Shown here piece after piece: positions 59,945 to 64,000 of a stretch of 64,000 nucleotides of DNA; positions within the stretch are counted from its first letter, which is position 1; every line of letters starts with the position of its first letter. The notes under the pieces were generated by a model. The model made no database searches, was not told the origin of the DNA, and saw nothing but the letters and a program-made list of their open reading frames with translations. The stretch covers positions 1,116,001 to 1,180,000 of the forward strand of contig CBFFRQ010000068.1 of NCBI GenBank assembly GCA_965644315.1. Direction: 5' to 3'. Source of the DNA: Caecitellus pseudoparvulus (Eukaryota; Protista; Bigyra: Bicosoecida). A program made the position numbers and the translations under genes.

Positions 59945-62925
59945 TTACAGCTGTGCCACTTCTGGATAGCACCTCGCGATGGCATTGGCCAGCTGCGCTG
60001 TGTCCGGTGCGGCCAATAAGGATTGCAGTGTCGGCTTCCACTCGGCACCGTGTGCCGCTGCGATAGACCGCAGCCACTGCAGCGCCTGGGCCCTGTCTTC
60101 AGCAGAAGGCTCATTTCCTGAGGGGTAGTACCACGAGCAAGCAAAGAATATCACAGCTTGTGGAACCTGGTTGAATAGGGCAGCCACGGCAGGCTCAGAA
60201 GAGTACAGCGCCACAAACACCTGCTGGATCTCGCGCTTCTCCTCCGTGTCACCATTCACGGCCCCGGCCTGAAGCCAGCCCGTCAAGAACTCATGCATAC
60301 GCGGAGCAACAACTGTCGGGGCACAGCTCGCTGTCCTTGCAAGCAGGAGTGCAGCCGACGCAAGTGGTTTAGCTGGCAGGCGCTTCAGCACCTGAAAGCA
60401 GCTTGCACAAGCTGCCATGGCAGTGGGCGCAAAGCTCGCAAACTCTTGGCCCAGGGCTTTCGCAAGGGTGGCAAGTGCAAAGACGGCATTGTTGAGGGGT
60501 TTGCGGACGATTGTAGGCGGGAAGCCAGGCTTGCTGCTGGCCTGCAAGATGGTAGTGGAGGACTGGACACACCTTTCCACGAGCCCGTGCACTGTGTCGT
60601 GAGTCACGAACCCCGGCACAGCAGCGTCAACGAGGTCAATAACAATTGCGAATGCAGACTTGCGAACTTTCTGTGACCGCTCACTCAGGCACGGGTTAAG
60701 GAGTGCGAGCAAGCTTGGAGCCTGCTCCACTCCCGCTGAACCTTCTGAGCCGCCCAGCAGGGGCGCAATCTCCTTGCCCAAGCCAATGATCAAATGGTCC
60801 AGGATGTCAAGGTTGACAGAGATGGGCGTGCGATCCACAACAGCTTGCGGATTCTCTGCCTCTTGTGTGGCAAGGTCAAGCAGCAGAGCTTGCACAGTTC
60901 GGGCGGCGTGGTTCCACAACTCAACTGCCATGGGAGCAGATGCCACGCCGACGACAGAGGCTGCCGCAGCTGTGCACTCTGCCAACATGAGGTACTGCAC
61001 ATCAGCTACTGGAGTGGCGACGTATCGAGTTGCGAGAGGTCTGAGCACAAGTTCTGCAGCCTCTTGGTTCGCCATGACACTGGTGCCGCCGAGAGCTTCG
61101 CACACGCAAGCCACAGCGTCATAGGCATACCGAACGCAGTGGAGCTGGCATTTTGGGAGTAATGCCATGAGTGACCGCAGGATTTCCATGGCGTACTCTG
61201 TTATGTCGCTTTCCATGGTGGCACAAGTGCAGCCAAGGGCCTCAAGCGCATTGCAAACCACTCGCTTGCGTGGATCAGAGATCGCCGTCAGCAAGCCGCG
61301 CAGCAATTTCGCCGCTGCCTCTGGGTCTCCCAGCCCATACACAATGGTCTCTGCGAACACCTTCAAGGTCCACCCAGTGGTTGCGCGCACCATGGGATGG
61401 GGATCCTGCAGACGCTGCAGCAGGAATGGCAACAGGCCCGCAAGGTGTGACTCCTCAACGAGGCAGTCGTAGAAGCCATCTGACGTCGCCCCCAGCAGCA
61501 TGATACCTACCTCTCGGGATTGCCAGGAAGTTTCTCCGGCGGAAGCCTGCAGGAGGCGCTGCAGCAGCTTGAAAAACTCGGGCCACATCAGCTCCCCAAA
61601 GGCGGTGGACAGGTCAATGAGTGCTGTGACGCAGGCATTGCGCACGGTCCAACTCCCTTGCATGTCCATGGCAGAGGATCCCATGTCAGGGGAGGCGCCA
61701 GAGTCGAGAATCTCGCCCCCAGTGGTATCGATGGTGACTGCAGGCTTCGCCCGGCCGTCGCTGCCAGCAAGGTGGGGCACAACATCCTCTGGCCGATCAG
61801 GCTCACCCATGTCTGAAGTGTTGTCCATGGGAAGGCTCATCATTGTCTCTTCGTCGAAAACACAGCCCTCCACCAACGCTGGCAGCAAGCGTGGAAACAG
61901 CTCCACAGGCTTTAGCTGCAGGGCGCGGAGGACCGGGTCAACTTGCTGCACTCCATGAGCCAAAGAGCCGGTGGCGTCCGCATAGGTGCCCCAGAACTTG
62001 GCGGCAAGCTTTCGGGCAGTTTCGTTCGTGCTACTGCTTTGCTGCAGCATGAGCTCCATCACATCATCAATGTTGGGCGTGATTGCACTCAGCGCATGCT
62101 CCGTCAGTTCCAAGAACGAATTCAGCGCCACTGGCAGGAGCTTGGAGTGCCCTTCACGGACAAGGAACCCTAAGGCTTGAAGGTAGTCTGGCATCTTTGC
62201 GGTCAAGGCACCCGGCATGACGCAAATCAAGTTACACAGTGCATATCCGGCATGCGAAGCATGTGTCGGAGACGAGCCCTGCATGTACTGCAACGCCACG
62301 TTCACTAGGTGTGACAGCGGGGCCTCTGCTGTGCTATTGGCTTCCTTAAGGTCCATAGGGCAGTCCTTGGCCAGCAGCATAAACAGGCGCAGTCCGCCTT
62401 CAGCGGCGACAGCCTGCTGAGAGCCCACCGCTGCCAGCACTTGCTGCAGGAGCTGCGGCCAAGCCGACAAGCCACTTTCCCGCACGATGGTGGAGCACAC
62501 ATTGCATACGGTGCGCCGGACGCCGGCATCGGCGTCAATCAAGGACGGCAGCAGCAGCTGCTGCACGACAAGGCGATCCCCTTGAGGCAGCTTCGTGTAG
62601 TAGCGTTCCACCCAGGACTTGAGGCTCAGGCCACCGAGCTGCCGGATGTCAGATCCGCCCCCCGCACTCGGTGAGAGGATGTAAGCCAAGTATTTTGGAA
62701 AGTCCGCGTGCTGCTCCAGGCGGCGCAGCTCCTGCGAAGGCCGCCAGAGTACCTGTGCACGAGCCAGGTGCTAAGCACCCCGCGAACAGCACGGGAACTT
62801 ACATCCAGGGCCTTTTGCTGCACGCCTGGACGCCCAGACGAAGCTAGTGCAAGAAATTCACACACTTGCCGCAGGGTTGCTGCGTCGGGAGACCAAGCGG
62901 CCCCCGTTCCACCCTGTGCCGCCAT
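59945..62925 (-). CDS. TNPO1: Transportin-1 (karyopherin beta-2); intron 62802-62732
   Basis: N-terminal WSPD..FPKYLAYIL..RQLGGLSLK; acidic H8 loop PDRPEDVVP; WTVRNAC; REVGIMLLGA; DPHPMVRATTGWTL; HEAT repeats throughout. Confidence 0.88.
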
Positions 62926-63205
62926 GGTGGTGTACGCAGACGTTGCTGCGGAAATTGGTTCAACTTCCTGCTTGCCGAGGCTCTGAGCACCGCAGAGGGG
63001 CGTCAAGAAGGCAAAGTCACAGGTTATCGTTACCCTTTGACATGGGTGCACCAACTGCGCTGAAGATGCAGCGTCAAGATATGTTTGATCGGTGAGGATT
63101 GGTGCTTTGGCAATCACAGGTGCTTGCCAAACATGAACCACCCGAACTGAGTGCTGCTGGCGCAGGGCATGAGGTTGGCTGTTCTGCTCACGAAAAGGAC
63201 CCAGC

Positions 63206-64000
63206 ATGCAAGTTGATCCCGCTCCTGGCCAGGCCGCTGGCCCAGGAGCTGAAGGCCCGGCCCCCGTGCCTAATGTCGGTCATCCGAGGAAGTGGAGCTT
63301 GTGCAGCTGGCTCTGCTGTCACTGCTGTGGCACGTGCACAGACCTTAGGTGGGCCGTCTACTCCTTCTTGAGCACGCTGCTTGCTGCAGCAGTACTACAC
63401 CACGCTTTCGTGACTCGAGAGCAGTTTTACCCGGCCGTGGTGTACCTGATTTCCAGCAAAGTTAGCGTGGCAGTGAGTGCCGCGTGGCAGGCAAGCCACA
63501 AGCAACGCCTTCACGACTGATTGCCGCAACCCCAGGTGCTGTGCAACTTTGGGATTATGGTGCTTACCAACCTCGCGTATGTCGTCACTGCCACGTTCCT
63601 TGGCGAGCTGTACCCTCTGGAAGTTGAGGTTCGTATCCTGGCGTTTCAGTGCACCACGCCAGAGCAGCCTTGGCAAGCCCCTTCCCCCCCGGCCTCCGCA
63701 GCGAATGTACGACAGCCTGCGTTTCGCAATCCTCGAGATTTGCTTGGCTCTGACGATTTTCCGGGAGGAGTTGTCGCCCCGGGTCATCGCTCTCTTCGTT
63801 GGCCTGCTGGTCTTCAAAGCGTTTCATGTGCTGGTGGATGCACGCATGGAAAACGTAAGAGCCGCGCCCCGTGGGAGATGTGGCTGGCCGCCCCTGTCTC
63901 TAGGGTCCAAGAATCAAGTAAACCTCCATCTCTATTTGCAGATTGAACGCCATGCACAGCAAGTGCAGCTGGAAGAGCAGCCTGAATCACAGGACTCCCG
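63206..64000 (+). CDS. HRD1: HRD1/synoviolin ERAD E3 ligase, 5' part (truncated by window); introns 63473-63535, 63629-63701, 63855-63941
   Basis: Spliced segments HAFVTREQFYPAVVYLISSK, VLCN, FLGELYPLEVE, EICLALTIFREE, LLVFKAFHVLVDARME match the HRD1 transmembrane region. Exact start uncertain. Confidence 0.88.

Noticed and set aside
15125-64000. Functional clustering of ER-Golgi genes (PRA1, NBAS-like, HRD1) or nuclear transport genes (XPO6, TNPO1)
   Set aside because: The genes are far apart and interleaved with unrelated housekeeping genes; no evidence of co-regulation.
1-64000. Mobile element or endogenous virus/virophage insertion
   Set aside because: No transposase, integrase, reverse transcriptase, capsid, terminal repeats or extended low-GC island seen.

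Overview
GC-rich, gene-dense eukaryotic nuclear DNA with short GT-AG introns (mostly 63-88 nt) and the standard genetic code. It probably comes from a heterotrophic protist; a bicosoecid-like stramenopile is my guess from composition, not something the sequence proves. There are about 18 protein genes, mostly in alternating orientation with very short gaps between convergent stops, plus two tandem tRNA-Arg(UCG) genes. In order: EGF/TSP1 surface protein, PRMT5, 2x tRNA-Arg, EF-hand protein, ankyrin-like protein, SIRT4-type sirtuin, PRA1, exportin-6, a head-to-head pair of paralogous unknown membrane proteins, multi-BRCT protein, single-pass TKL kinase, giant coiled-coil protein, sedolisin/TPP1, giant NBAS/Sec39-like protein, TrpRS, ubinuclein/Hpc2, transportin-1 and the 5' part of HRD1. 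Most interesting: (1) the NBAS/Sec39-like tether ends in a ~5.2 kb in-frame tandem array with 22 acidic di-tryptophan motifs (DGWEGWGEE), possibly a hugely multivalent COPI-capture lasso; (2) after manual splicing, the TrpRS carries a degenerate N-terminal AlaX-S-like domain; (3) the unknown membrane paralogues may have a PH-like fold split by their transmembrane region. All family calls come from recalled motifs; no database search was run.
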